From Coriobacteriales bacterium (GTDB lineage Bacteria; Actinomycetota; Coriobacteriia; Coriobacteriales; Atopobiaceae): 43,925 nucleotides of DNA. The stretch spans positions 1-43,925 of the forward strand of contig JAUNJR010000002.1 in assembly GCA_030533135.1 (NCBI GenBank), given 5' to 3'. Position 1 is the first letter of the stretch, and every line of letters begins with the position of its first letter. The notes under the pieces are model-generated. The model did no database searches. It saw only the letters and a program-made list of their open reading frames with translations, and was not told the origin of the DNA. The position numbers were made by a program, and so were the translations under genes. Below, in pieces: positions 16,304 to 26,417 of the stretch.

Positions 16304-17626
16304 ATGCCCAAACCTATCGTAGCTGTGGTGGGTCGACCAAACGTAGGAAAATCCACCCTTGTAAATCGCCTTGCTGAGACACGCGAGGCCATCGTTCACG
16401 AGTCGCGTGGCGTCACGCGCGACCGTTCGTATCACACGACCGACTGGAATGGTCGTGAGTTCGTGCTGATTGATACCGGCGGCATTGAATCCGTAAAGTC
16501 CAAGGACGTGTTTGCTCCACGCATTCGTGAGCAGGCGCTCGCGGCGTGCGACGAGGCAGACGTAATCGTCTTTGTCGTTGACGGCACGGTTGGCGTCACG
16601 GATGAGGACGAGGAGGTCGCGCGCGTCGTGCGCAAGGCTGACAAGCCGACGTTCTTGTGCGTCAACAAGCTGGATAACCCGGATAACGAGATGGCAGCTT
16701 GGGACTTCTGGTCGCTGGGTGTTGGTGAGCCGCGCGCCATCAGCGCCGGTCATGGCCATGGCACGGGTGACCTGCTTGATGACATTGTTGCTGCCTTCCC
16801 GCCGGAGACCGACGAGGAAGAGCCCGAGGACGACGCCCTGAACGTCGCCATCATCGGTCGCCCGAATGTTGGCAAGTCCTCGCTGGCCAATCGCCTGTCC
16901 AAGCGCAATCGCTCTATCGTGAGCGATGTTGCGGGCACGACACGCGATGCCATCGACACCATGATCGAGTGGAAGGGACAGCGCTTCCGCTTGGTTGACA
17001 CGGCCGGCATGCGCAAGAAGACGCAGGTACATGAGGACATAGAGTACTACAGCCTCGTGCGCGGGCTTGAGGCTATGGACCGTGCCGACGTGTGTCTGCT
17101 GGTCGTTGACGCTTCGGTTGGCGTGACCGAGCAGGACCAGAAGCTCGTCGGCATGGCCGTTGATCGCGGCTGTGCCTTGGTGATTCTGCTCAACAAATGG
17201 GACCTCATCACCACGGAGCAGCAGCGTGAGGAAGTCGCCCAGTCTCTGTCGCAGCGGATGAACTTCGCCCCGTGGGCTCCCTCGATCAACGTGAGCGCGC
17301 TGACAGGTCGCGCGATTGACAAGGTTCTGGAAGCAGTGGTCCGCGTGGCTGAAAACCATGCCCAGCAAATCCCCACGCCCAAGCTGAACAACCTGCTCAC
17401 GCAGCTGCGTGAATCTGGGCATACCGTCACCGACAAGGGCCGTCGCCTCAAAGTCAACTATGGAGCACAAACGGGAACCAAGCCGCCCGTCTTTACCTTC
17501 TGGTGCAATGCACCCGACCTCGTCGATGACAATTACGAGCGTTATCTTGAGAACCGGCTGCGTGAGGCATTCGATCTCACCGGTACGCCCATCCGCCTGA
17601 AGTTCAGGAAGAAGTCGGAGGACTAA
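16304..17626 (+). CDS. der: Ribosome-associated GTPase Der (EngA), two tandem GTPase domains plus KH-like domain
   Basis: Two G1 motifs are present, GRPNVGKST and GRPNVGKSS, each followed by DTGG/DTAG and NKLD/NKWD. The ATG at 16304 has an AGGAGG RBS. Confidence 0.95.
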   Translation: MPKPIVAVVGRPNVGKSTLVNRLAETREAIVHESRGVTRDRSYHTTDWNGREFVLIDTGGIESVKSKDVFAPRIREQALAACDEADVIVFVVDGTVGVTDEDEEVARVVRKADKPTFLCVNKLDNPDNEMAAWDFWSLGVGEPRAISAGHGHGTGDLLDDIVAAFPPETDEEEPEDDALNVAIIGRPNVGKSSLANRLSKRNRSIVSDVAGTTRDAIDTMIEWKGQRFRLVDTAGMRKKTQVHEDIEYYSLVRGLEAMDRADVCLLVVDASVGVTEQDQKLVGMAVDRGCALVILLNKWDLITTEQQREEVAQSLSQRMNFAPWAPSINVSALTGRAIDKVLEAVVRVAENHAQQIPTPKLNNLLTQLRESGHTVTDKGRRLKVNYGAQTGTKPPVFTFWCNAPDLVDDNYERYLENRLREAFDLTGTPIRLKFRKKSED

Positions 17627-17627
17627 C

Positions 17628-18347
17628 GTGGATGTCTATCTGATCACCGTAGTTGGATGCATGTGTGGTGCGTTCGCAATCTGCGGTATTCCGTTTGGCC
17701 TCATTTTTGCTCAGCGCATGAATGGGGTTGATGTGCGCGAGGTCGGTTCCGGCAACATCGGCATGACCAACGTCGCGCGCTCTGCAGGAGCTTCTGCCGC
17801 CGCCCTCACCTTTGCCTGCGACGTCGGCAAGGGAACTCTAAGCATGTTTCTGGCACGGTGGCTCATCTCCCAGGTGCTTCTTGACGGCGTGACGCTTGAC
17901 GTGACGGCCCCCGGCTTTGCCGCGCTGACGCTCGTCTATGCGAGCTGCCTCCTTGGGCACATCTTCAGTCCGTACCTGAACTTCCATGGTGGGAAGGGCA
18001 TTTCTGTCGGCTTCGGCGCCGCCCTGGGGCTTTATTGGCCCGTGGCGTTGGTGCTTCTTGCGTGCTTCCTGGTAATGGCGATACCGACGCGCTACATCTC
18101 GCTTGGCTCCATCGTGTCGGCGGTCCTCCTTCCAGTCCAATGCCTGTTCCTTTGGCATATGACCACATGGGCAGTCATCCCCGTCACCGTCGTCAGCGCC
18201 TTGGTTATCTGGGCCCACCGCGGCAACATCACCAAACTCCTCAGTGGACAGGAGAGCCACTTCAGCATCAAGCATACCGATGCGAATGATCGTCAGCGCA
18301 GAAGGAGGGTCCCTCCAACCCAGCGTCGTGAGGACGGGGAGGAGTAA
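17628..18347 (+). CDS. plsY: Acyl-phosphate:glycerol-3-phosphate acyltransferase
   Basis: GSGNIGMTNV and FHGGKG motifs in a multi-pass membrane protein. GTG start. Conserved der-plsY-gpsA order. Confidence 0.9.
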   Translation: MDVYLITVVGCMCGAFAICGIPFGLIFAQRMNGVDVREVGSGNIGMTNVARSAGASAAALTFACDVGKGTLSMFLARWLISQVLLDGVTLDVTAPGFAALTLVYASCLLGHIFSPYLNFHGGKGISVGFGAALGLYWPVALVLLACFLVMAIPTRYISLGSIVSAVLLPVQCLFLWHMTTWAVIPVTVVSALVIWAHRGNITKLLSGQESHFSIKHTDANDRQRRRRVPPTQRREDGEE

Positions 18348-18350
18348 CCC

Positions 18351-19358
18351 GTGGGTCACAAGGTTGCCGTCATTGGTACGGGTACCTGGGGAACTGCCGC
18401 ATGTACCCTGATTTCTCAACATGTGGACGAGGTTTGCCTGTGGGCCAGGCGCCCGCAGATTGCCGAATCCATCAATCTCACTCGGCATAACCCTCAACAC
18501 CTCCCTGAACTTGAGCTTCCCGCTAAAGTACAAGCCTCAAGTTCCCTTCAAGAAGCACTTGAGGGTGCTTCTGAGGTGGTGCTGGCGGTTCCTTCGGCCT
18601 TCCTGAGGGCCACGTGCGAGAAGGCGGCGCCGTATGTCCGTGAGGACCTCCCCATTCTGGTGCTCACGAAAGGCATCGAGCCTGGCACGGGCCTTCTGAT
18701 GGTCGATCTTGTTGCCGATGTCTTCGGCCATGTCGAACGCGTTGCCGCGCTCTCTGGTCCAAATCATGCTGAGGAAATAGCTCAGGGAAAGATCTCGGCT
18801 GCCGTCATTGCTGCTTCCGATCAAGCCATCGCCGAGCGTTTTCAGAACCTGTTCGTGTCTCCGGCCTTCCGCGCGTATGCGAGCACCGACCTCATCGGTG
18901 TCGAAGTGTGCGGCGCGGCAAAGAACGTCATCGCCATCGCAGCTGGTGTCACCGCCGGAATGGATGCCGGAGACAATACGCTCGCGGTGGTCATGACACG
19001 TGGCCTTGCAGAAATCGGCCGCTTATCGGTTGCCTGTGGTGGCGACCCGTTGACCTGCATGGGCTTGGCAGGAATGGGTGACTTGGTCGTAACCTGCACA
19101 TCTCGTCACTCGCGAAACCGCACCTTTGGTGAGGCCTATGCAGCAGGAGAGACACTCGCTGAGTATGAGAGCCGCACCGGCATGGTCGTTGAGGGTGCTC
19201 AGGCAGCAATCTCAGTCTGGGAGCTTGCGCGCAAGCATGGTGTTGATATGCCTATCACCGACGCTGTGCACGCCGTGCTGTATGAGGATGTGTTGTTCGC
19301 CGATGTGCTAGACGGCCTGTTGGGTCGAAGGCCACACGATGAGTTCTACGGCATTTAG
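18351..19358 (+). CDS. gpsA: NAD(P)H-dependent glycerol-3-phosphate dehydrogenase
   Basis: VAVIGTGTWGTA Rossmann motif, LSGPNHAEE and GAAKNVIAIAAG blocks. GTG start. Confidence 0.92.
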   Translation: MGHKVAVIGTGTWGTAACTLISQHVDEVCLWARRPQIAESINLTRHNPQHLPELELPAKVQASSSLQEALEGASEVVLAVPSAFLRATCEKAAPYVREDLPILVLTKGIEPGTGLLMVDLVADVFGHVERVAALSGPNHAEEIAQGKISAAVIAASDQAIAERFQNLFVSPAFRAYASTDLIGVEVCGAAKNVIAIAAGVTAGMDAGDNTLAVVMTRGLAEIGRLSVACGGDPLTCMGLAGMGDLVVTCTSRHSRNRTFGEAYAAGETLAEYESRTGMVVEGAQAAISVWELARKHGVDMPITDAVHAVLYEDVLFADVLDGLLGRRPHDEFYGI

Positions 19359-19456
19359 GCTGGCATGACGCTTTTTCATGAGGTTTGCCGCTCCGTCCCA
19401 TGTGATGCGCTACCATGGTTTTCGCACATCTGCACCGCTAACAGAATAGGGGAGAG

Positions 19457-20140
19457 ATGCCCATACAAGAAGACGTACGGATCGCACCATCAATTCTTGG
19501 TGCTGACTTTCTGCGACTCGGCGATGAGCTGGCTGCCATTAGCAACGCCGACTTTATCCACTATGACGTCATGGACGGACACTTTGTCCCCAACCTCTCG
19601 TTTGGGCTTGACATCCTGTCCCAAGTCGCTTCTGCAACCGATGTCCCCGTTGACGCGCACCTCATGATTGCCAATCCTGACACTGACGCCGTGCGGTATG
19701 CCAAGGCAGGCGCCTCCATGGTGACCTTCCACATGGAAGCCACCAATCATGCACATCGCGTGCTCTATGCCATCAAGGATGCCGGTGCTCAAGCAGGCGT
19801 CGTGCTGAACCCCGCCACACCCGTCATCGCACTTGATGCCATCATCGAGCATGTTGACATGGTACTGCTCATGTCGGTGAACCCGGGCTATGGTGGCCAG
19901 AAGTTCATCGACACCACCTGCCGCAAGTTGCGCCAGCTCAGCGCGCTGTGCTTCGAGCGCGGTGTAAACCCGCTCATCGAGGTGGATGGTGGCATTACTG
20001 CCGATAACGTGGAAGAAGTCGTTGCCGCAGGAGCAAACGTGATTGTTGCGGGCAGCGCCGTCTTCCGTAACCCCGACCATGCTGCCGCCGTCGAAGAGCT
20101 GCGCGCCTTGGGTCGCAAGGGAATGGCAAGGGGCCTCTAA
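19457..20140 (+). CDS. rpe: Ribulose-phosphate 3-epimerase
   Basis: IAPSILGADF, HYDVMDGHFVPNLSFG, MSVNPGYGGQKF and VDGGI blocks. Confidence 0.93.
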   Translation: MPIQEDVRIAPSILGADFLRLGDELAAISNADFIHYDVMDGHFVPNLSFGLDILSQVASATDVPVDAHLMIANPDTDAVRYAKAGASMVTFHMEATNHAHRVLYAIKDAGAQAGVVLNPATPVIALDAIIEHVDMVLLMSVNPGYGGQKFIDTTCRKLRQLSALCFERGVNPLIEVDGGITADNVEEVVAAGANVIVAGSAVFRNPDHAAAVEELRALGRKGMARGL

Positions 20141-20143
20141 GCC

Positions 20144-21319
20144 ATGGCAGCACATCGTCTTTATCTGGACTATGCGGCCTCATCTCCGGCTTCTGAAGCC
20201 TCGTTAGCTGCTGAGCGGGCGTACGAAGAGGCTCCCTACGCTGGCGCGAACCCCAACTCGCTTCACACCATGGGGCGCTTGGCGGCTCGCGCGTTAGATG
20301 GCGCCCGAGCGGATCTTGCGCGTGGCTTGGGCGGTGGATTTCGTCCAGCTGATGTGACTTTCACCTCGGGAGGAACGGAATCGAACAACCTTGCGCTCTG
20401 GGGGCTTGCCGAAGGTGCTCGCGCCCGAGACCGAAAGCGGACGCGTGTCATCCTCTCGTCCATAGAGCATGACTCGGTCCTTGATGTGACGCCCAGTCTT
20501 CGTGACCGCGGGTTTGATGTGACGCTGGCGCCCGCACAGCGTGATGGACGTGTGGCGCCAGAGGCGGTTCATGAGCTTCTGGGGCGCGACGTGGCACTCG
20601 TTTCGGTCATGAGTGCCAACAATGAGACGGGCATCGTGCAGGACGTCAATAGGATTGGCAAGCTCGCCCATGATGCCGGCGCCCTCATGCACACCGATGC
20701 CGTGCAGGCTTTTGGCCGCATCCCGCTCGCTCTTTCCAACGTCGATGCCGTGAGCATCGCTGCACACAAGATTGGTGGCCCCGTGGGGGTTGGCGCCCTT
20801 GCCGTGCGGTCGCGCGTTGCCTTGCGTCCGCAGAGCTTTGGTGGCGGACAGGAGCAGGGACGCCGCGCCGGCACCCAAGACGTACGTGGTGCGCTTGCCT
20901 TTGCTGCGGCCGCACGTGATTGTCTTGCTCACCTTGAAGAGCGCCGTATGACCACTGCCCGCAATGCCAGGCATCTTGTCAACGTCCTCTGTGCGCCAGA
21001 TACCGGTATCCACCAAACGGTTGAAATGGGTTTCGATGCAGGCCGTCTTCCTGGCATGGTATCTTTGCTCGTTGATGGTGTTGACTCAGAAACGCTGGTG
21101 CTAACACTTGATGAGGCGGGCTTCGAGGTCTCTGCAGGATCCGCATGCTCGAGCGGCAACCTTGACCCAAGTCACGTGCTACTTGCCATGGGCATTCCGC
21201 GCAATGAGGCATTCAACTCGTTGCGCATAAGTTTTGATGAACGGGTGGACGATCAGGACCTCATGCGTTTCGCAGAAACGCTTATGCAGGTAGTCTCCAC
21301 CAAACGATATGGGAGGTAA
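20144..21319 (+). CDS. Cysteine desulfurase (class V aminotransferase, NifS/IscS-like)
   Basis: LYLDYAASSP, SIAAHKIGGPVGVGAL (PLP lysine) and SAGSACSSG (active-site Cys loop). Confidence 0.85.
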   Translation: MAAHRLYLDYAASSPASEASLAAERAYEEAPYAGANPNSLHTMGRLAARALDGARADLARGLGGGFRPADVTFTSGGTESNNLALWGLAEGARARDRKRTRVILSSIEHDSVLDVTPSLRDRGFDVTLAPAQRDGRVAPEAVHELLGRDVALVSVMSANNETGIVQDVNRIGKLAHDAGALMHTDAVQAFGRIPLALSNVDAVSIAAHKIGGPVGVGALAVRSRVALRPQSFGGGQEQGRRAGTQDVRGALAFAAAARDCLAHLEERRMTTARNARHLVNVLCAPDTGIHQTVEMGFDAGRLPGMVSLLVDGVDSETLVLTLDEAGFEVSAGSACSSGNLDPSHVLLAMGIPRNEAFNSLRISFDERVDDQDLMRFAETLMQVVSTKRYGR

Positions 21320-21321
21320 CG

Positions 21322-22041
21322 ATGTCAGAGGCTAGTTCGCTGTTACGTCTGCAAGAGGTTGACTTGCAGCTTATCCGCTTGCGCAAGACGCTGGCAGCCA
21401 TGCCGCAGCAGGAAAAGCTGCGCGCCATCGCCTTGGCTAAGAAGAAGCTCGCTGGACAGCTGAAGCAAATCATTGGTCAGCGTAAAGACGTCGAAATTGA
21501 GCTGGCAGACAACGAGGCTGACCACGACAAGATTATGCGCATTACCGCCGAGGTGCGCGAGCAGGTCACTGAGCGTGTCCAGAGCTATCGGCAGATACAG
21601 GATCTTGAGTCCCAACTGACCTCCTTGGCAAAGCGGCAGGAAAAGCTCGAGTTCACACGCATCGAGATGGAAGAGCGCTACGAGCGCATGCTGAAGGCCG
21701 AGCACAACGCCCGTGAGCTTGGCGAGAAGCTTCTGGCTGAAGAGAAGGCCCAGATTGAGTCCTTTGAGCAGAACACGGCTGACTTGCAGGCGCAGGTACG
21801 TGTTCTTGAAACTGAGCGCGCCTCGCTTGTTCGCAACATATCTGACGAAGTGCTCTCTGCCTATGACGCAGCCGTCAAGCGATTCGGTGGTCTGGCCGTT
21901 GAGTCACTGAGCTCAAACGTCCCAAGCACCTGCCGCGTGAAGCTGCAGCCGGCCATCTTCCATAAGCTTCAAAGGGGACCCCGCATCACGGAGTGCCCGT
22001 ATTGTCACCGGATGCTCGTGGTATTGGAGGTCGGCGCATGA
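21322..22041 (+). CDS. COG1579-type coiled-coil protein with C-terminal C4 zinc ribbon
   Basis: Long heptad-rich coiled coil (LRLQEVDLQLIRLRK...) ending in ...STCRVKL...ITECPYCHRMLV (two Cys pairs). Confidence 0.75.
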   Translation: MSEASSLLRLQEVDLQLIRLRKTLAAMPQQEKLRAIALAKKKLAGQLKQIIGQRKDVEIELADNEADHDKIMRITAEVREQVTERVQSYRQIQDLESQLTSLAKRQEKLEFTRIEMEERYERMLKAEHNARELGEKLLAEEKAQIESFEQNTADLQAQVRVLETERASLVRNISDEVLSAYDAAVKRFGGLAVESLSSNVPSTCRVKLQPAIFHKLQRGPRITECPYCHRMLVVLEVGA

Positions 22042-23384
22042 GTGCGGAAAAGAAGAAGGTCCTCCTCGGAGTAACGGGAGGCATTGCTGCCTACAAGGCC
22101 TGTGAGGTGTTGCGCGGCCTGCAGAAGGCTGGCTGCGACGTGCGTGTCATGATGACCGAGGATGCCACGCGCTTTGTGGGAACCGTAACCTTCGAGGCGC
22201 TTTCTGGCCACCCCGTTGCAACGGGTTTCTATGACTTCGCAGAGTCCTCGATTCCTCATATCATGCTCTCAGAGTGGGCAGACCTTGTGCTTGTCTGCCC
22301 CTGCACGGCTAACGTCATGGCAAAGATGGCGGCCGGGCTGTCTGACGACCTGATCAGCTCCACGCTCCTTGCTGCTGCTGGCACGGTTTTGATTGCCCCC
22401 GCTATGAATGTGCGCATGTGGGAAAACCCGGCTACCCAGGCAAATCTTCAAACCCTCATGGCACGCGGCGTCCACGTTGTCATGCCCACACAGGGCCGCT
22501 TGGCATGTGGCGACGTGGGAACTGGCAAACTTGCTGATGTCGACGCCATCGTTGCACAAGCTCTTTCCGAGCTTGAGGGTTCTGCTCCTACACCTCAGGT
22601 ACCGGTTGAGGTTGAGCTTCCCCAGAGTTTCGCTGAGGATTCGACAGCGTCTGACCTCCTTACCGCCCTTCGTCTGGCCGCCGCCTCATCAGGTGGAACC
22701 ATCGTCATTGAGGAGCCCCCTCGCGACCTTGAGGGTTGGAAGTTCCTCATTACGGCCGGGCCCACACATGAGGCCATCGACCCAGTCCGCTTTATTGCCA
22801 ATGCCTCAACGGGAAAGATGGGTTACACGATTGCTCGGCGCGCAGCAGAGCGCGGCGCACGTGTGACCATCGTGTCTGGCCCGGTCACGCTGCAGGCACC
22901 TGAGGGCGTCGAGGTTGTCAACGTAACCTCTGCCGCCCAGATGTATGACGCGGCAACCAGCTTGTTCACTCACGATGTTGACTGCGCCATCTGCACGGCC
23001 GCCGTTGCGGATTACACTCCGGCAGCACCTGCAGACCACAAGCTCAAAAAGGGCATCGAGCAGATTGACGTCATTCGCCTGGTTGAGACCAAGGACATCC
23101 TTGCGGCCCTCTCGTCGATGAAGGGTATCGGCCAGATCGTGGTGGGTTTTGCTGCCGAGACTAATGACCTCATTGCCTACGCACAGGCCAAGCTGGCAAA
23201 GAAGGGTTGCGACCTCATCGTTGCCAATGACGTCTCACGTGCTGACTCGACGTTTGGTGCTGACACTAGCCGTATCTCGTTTGTCGACGCCTTGGGAGTT
23301 GAAGAGCTTGACACCATGCCGCTCAACCTGGTTGCAGACGCCATCCTTGACCGCGTCTGCGACATCATGGAGGCTCGCGGCTAG
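22038..23384 (+). CDS. coaBC: Bifunctional phosphopantothenoylcysteine decarboxylase / phosphopantothenate-cysteine ligase
   Basis: The CoaC part has LLGVTGGIAAYKA and PAMNVRMWENP. The CoaB part has ITAGPTHEAIDPVRFIANASTGKMG and KLKK. The ATG at 22038 overlaps the upstream stop (ATGA). Confidence 0.92.
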   Translation: MSAEKKKVLLGVTGGIAAYKACEVLRGLQKAGCDVRVMMTEDATRFVGTVTFEALSGHPVATGFYDFAESSIPHIMLSEWADLVLVCPCTANVMAKMAAGLSDDLISSTLLAAAGTVLIAPAMNVRMWENPATQANLQTLMARGVHVVMPTQGRLACGDVGTGKLADVDAIVAQALSELEGSAPTPQVPVEVELPQSFAEDSTASDLLTALRLAAASSGGTIVIEEPPRDLEGWKFLITAGPTHEAIDPVRFIANASTGKMGYTIARRAAERGARVTIVSGPVTLQAPEGVEVVNVTSAAQMYDAATSLFTHDVDCAICTAAVADYTPAAPADHKLKKGIEQIDVIRLVETKDILAALSSMKGIGQIVVGFAAETNDLIAYAQAKLAKKGCDLIVANDVSRADSTFGADTSRISFVDALGVEELDTMPLNLVADAILDRVCDIMEARG

Positions 23385-23405
23385 AAACGCGGCGAAATGA
23401 TAAAC

Positions 23406-23439
23406 GGGCGGGCTCCAGGGTTTTCCTTGGAGCCCGCCC
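23406..23439. terminator. Strong hairpin between convergent coaBC and the DUF2207 gene (probable bidirectional terminator)
   Basis: GGGCGGGCTCCAGGG-TTTT-CCTTGGAGCCCGCCC, a 15-bp stem with one G-T. The flanking T-tracts are weak. Confidence 0.6.
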
Positions 23440-23454
23440 CTCTGTTAGGAAGCG

Positions 23455-25419
23455 TTAATAGGCGCCGCCACCGCCGCCTCCGCCACCGCCGGAGGAAGCG
23501 CCGCCACCAGATCCGCTGGCACTTGCAGCGCTGCTGAAGCTTGACGAAACGGATTGCGCGGGAGAATGTGCGCCGAGGGCAGGGTCGCACCACATGACCG
23601 TATTTCTGACCATCGGGGACTCAGCGATCTCAGGAAGCACGAGCTTCAGCTGCTCTATGACGCGGTCAGAAACGCCAAGCACAACAGCCATGACCAAAAG
23701 GCGATCCCACAGCACGACGTCGGTGGGGAGGGCCTCTTCGAGCCTCGTGAAGTCCTTCAGCCACCTTCGGAGCGCTTCAAGCTTTGCGTTGATCTCGACT
23801 GCCTCGGAGGAGCGATCAGGCCTTGTGCCCATGAGGATGAAGACTGCCACCAGAACTGCCAGCAGTATCGCAGCTCGAATGCCTACCGCACCCATCATGC
23901 CAACCATGCTGAGGCTGTTGTTAAAGAGGAAGAGGTGTACCGCAGACAAGAAAAGGGCGATAAGGTCGATACCACCCATGACAAGGAGGGGAGTGCCGAT
24001 GCCATCATGCGCATCCTCATCAAGATCACGGAGATCAACCTGATGCGTTATGGCCTCCTTCCACTCGTCTAGGTGCTTTTCGTAGGTTTCAGGCTCCCGC
24101 TCAGCCACACGCTCAAAGTCGGACATGAGCACCGTGTTGTCTGGACGCTCGTTAAGGTTGTCGTACTTCGACGCCTTGGCGCCAACGTAGTCAAACACAA
24201 AGTCAAGTGTCGCGCGGTCAATGGGGTCGGAAACGCGTGCCGCACGGTCATTCACCAGCTCAATGCGCCAATCCTCCTGCTCCTTGGGAGAACGGCCGAA
24301 ACGTTTCTTGAGCGAGGTGATCTTCTCGAGCTTTATGACACCGTCATCCGAGAGGCGCATGAGCGCTGCCGTGAAGTCGGGGCCGTCGCCAACGCTGTTC
24401 TTCCAGAGGTAATACAGGACAGCCGGGTGGTCATCGCTGGGGACATCGCGGAAGTACTTGTCGTCAAAGCTCGCACGGTGAGTACGCTGGTACGAAATGA
24501 ACGAGTACGCCCCAACGGCAGCCGTCGCGACGGACAAAAGGGCCAGGCCCCACTTCTCAATCGTGGCAATCGTGGAAACAAGCTTAAAACGTGCATTTGA
24601 GGATGAAGCCCAGGCGCCTTCCTCATCCAGAATGGTATCGAGCCGCTTTCCCTCGGAGAGCTTTGCGTTGGCAAGCCATTCGGTGGGAAACGCTGCACGC
24701 ACCTCGGCGAACTCGCCTTCGTTGACACGATTCATCGTGATGACAAGGGAGCCGGGATCCCCATCGTTCAGGTCATCCCACGCCGGCACGACACCCGAGG
24801 GAACATCGATGTTGCCAATCAAGGACCGGTTGTGGAGCCAGCCACGCAGATTCTCTCCGGCGGTTATGGTCGCGCCCTCTGGCGCACCCTTGAAGTAGAC
24901 GACACACTGCACGTCGTGAGAGGTACGGTCCCACTGGTTACCCACAAACTTCCAATAGAGCTCTCCGGTGTCTTCCCAGCGAGCCAGTACGCCAGTCATA
25001 ACGTACTGCACGTAGAAGCGTGGCCGCTCATGGTACTTGTCATAGTGAACGTCGATGCGCGTCTCGCCCCTCCGTTCCTCCATGGTCCATACGCCGGGCG
25101 TCGTGTCATTTGAGTTCGATGAATACTCATACGGCGACAGGTATCCCTGGGAATCGACTTCACCAGCAGCCTCGACCTCGATCGAAATGCCACCAAGCTC
25201 ACTGTCATCCGTTGGGATCTTCCAGAAGAATCCATGGAAATGGCCGTCAAGGTCGACGGTTCGCACTTCAATGACATGAAGCGTACCGTCGGTATCGGCT
25301 GTCGCATAGATTCGTGTCGCATCGAGCGAGTAGTCGTCGTCTGCGAAGGCGACGCTCGGAAGGGCCACGAACAGCGCAAGGACACACAGCAATATGGCTA
25401 TCAGTTTGCGCGGCTTCAT
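23455..25419 (-). CDS. DUF2207-like membrane protein with signal peptide and Gly-rich C-terminal tail
   Basis: Signal peptide MKPRKLIAILLCVLALFVALPSVAFA, a large extracytoplasmic domain, several transmembrane helices and a C-terminal SGSGGGASSGGGGGGGGGAY tail. As I recall, this tail is typical of DUF2207 proteins. Confidence 0.7.
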   Translation of the reverse strand: MKPRKLIAILLCVLALFVALPSVAFADDDYSLDATRIYATADTDGTLHVIEVRTVDLDGHFHGFFWKIPTDDSELGGISIEVEAAGEVDSQGYLSPYEYSSNSNDTTPGVWTMEERRGETRIDVHYDKYHERPRFYVQYVMTGVLARWEDTGELYWKFVGNQWDRTSHDVQCVVYFKGAPEGATITAGENLRGWLHNRSLIGNIDVPSGVVPAWDDLNDGDPGSLVITMNRVNEGEFAEVRAAFPTEWLANAKLSEGKRLDTILDEEGAWASSSNARFKLVSTIATIEKWGLALLSVATAAVGAYSFISYQRTHRASFDDKYFRDVPSDDHPAVLYYLWKNSVGDGPDFTAALMRLSDDGVIKLEKITSLKKRFGRSPKEQEDWRIELVNDRAARVSDPIDRATLDFVFDYVGAKASKYDNLNERPDNTVLMSDFERVAEREPETYEKHLDEWKEAITHQVDLRDLDEDAHDGIGTPLLVMGGIDLIALFLSAVHLFLFNNSLSMVGMMGAVGIRAAILLAVLVAVFILMGTRPDRSSEAVEINAKLEALRRWLKDFTRLEEALPTDVVLWDRLLVMAVVLGVSDRVIEQLKLVLPEIAESPMVRNTVMWCDPALGAHSPAQSVSSSFSSAASASGSGGGASSGGGGGGGGGAY

Positions 25420-25544
25420 GAATACCCCCTCTCTCTGTTGGCTTTCGTTCCACCAGAATGATTGTACGTGATGCAAGGATGCGGTATGTGGTAACTCCCA
25501 TGCTATGATGTGTTGTCGCTAAGATACCCATGAGAGGAGCAAAG

Positions 25545-26417
25545 ATGTCACAAGGCCCAAGCCGTTTGGCCATCGGTTGCCATCTTTCGACCTCTGATGG
25601 CTATGCGGCGATGGGGGAGACGGCGATTTCGCTTGACGCCACGACTTTCTCCTTCTTCACGCGCAACCCACGAGGGGGAAACGCCAAGCCTCTTGACCCG
25701 AGTGATGTTGCCACGCTGCGAACGACGCTTGCCGAGCGCGGTTTTGGGGCCTTGGTAGCTCACGCGCCGTACACCATGAATCTCTGCTCCGCAAAGCCGG
25801 AGACGGTCTCTTTTGCCCGTCGAGCCATGGCCGATGACCTGGAGCGAATGGAGAGCCTGCCGGGCAACTACTACAACTTTCACCCTGGCAGCCATGTCAA
25901 GCAGGGTGTAGACGTTGGAATCGAGCTTATCTGCGATGGCTTGAACGAGGTGCTCGTCCCTGGACAGTGCACGACCGTGCTGCTTGAGACTATGGCGGGC
26001 AAGGGCAGCGAGGTTGGGCGCTCGTTCGATGAGCTTGCACGCATCCTTGACGGGGTGCAGCATGACGAGCTGATGGGCGTCTGCCTTGATACCTGTCACG
26101 TGTGGGACGGGGGCTACGACATTGTCGAGGCACTTGATGAGGTGCTTGACGAGTTCGATCGCGTGTTGGGGCTCAAGCGTTTGAAGGCGTTGCACCTCAA
26201 CGACTCAAAGAACCCGCGTTCTGCCCATAAGGATCGTCACGCATGCTTGGGGGAGGGCTTCATCGGACTCGACACCTTCCGTGCCATAGTTAACCACCCC
26301 AAGCTGAAGAGCCTGCCCATGATCCTAGAGACCCCAGGCGGCATGGACGGATATAAGAAGGAAATCGCGCTGCTTCGTACCTATGCGGGAGAGCGTGCCA
26401 AGGGAGAAGAGGCATAG
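25545..26417 (+). CDS. nfo: Deoxyribonuclease IV (endonuclease IV)
   Basis: IGCHLS, AHAPYTMNL, FHPGSH, LETMAGKG, CLDTCH and LHLNDSK blocks. The ATG at 25545 has an AGGAG RBS. Confidence 0.9.
   Translation: MSQGPSRLAIGCHLSTSDGYAAMGETAISLDATTFSFFTRNPRGGNAKPLDPSDVATLRTTLAERGFGALVAHAPYTMNLCSAKPETVSFARRAMADDLERMESLPGNYYNFHPGSHVKQGVDVGIELICDGLNEVLVPGQCTTVLLETMAGKGSEVGRSFDELARILDGVQHDELMGVCLDTCHVWDGGYDIVEALDEVLDEFDRVLGLKRLKALHLNDSKNPRSAHKDRHACLGEGFIGLDTFRAIVNHPKLKSLPMILETPGGMDGYKKEIALLRTYAGERAKGEEA

Noticed and set aside
16157-17470. 437-aa ORF antisense to der. Similar long antisense ORFs lie at 41578-43164 (528 aa, opposite GH1), 29685-30989 (434 aa, opposite the regulator and UBA-like genes), 38308-39141, 39684-40583, 10347-10982 and 1410-2183.
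   Set aside because: Each lies entirely opposite a gene with unambiguous family motifs. The translations are Arg/Ala/Gly/His-rich with no motifs. Long shadow ORFs of this kind are expected in high-GC DNA.
22569-22736. A linker ~40 aa longer than expected between the CoaC and CoaB domains of CoaBC.
   Set aside because: It is a low-complexity Pro/Ala/Ser/Glu linker, and such expansions are plausible without functional meaning. I cannot evaluate it without an alignment.
23461-23510. GGC/GCC-rich simple repeat encoding the poly-Gly tail, considered as a slipped-strand phase-variation tract.
   Set aside because: The tract is imperfect (mixed GCC, ACC, TCC and GGA codons), and a Gly-rich tail is, as I recall, a normal feature of DUF2207 proteins.
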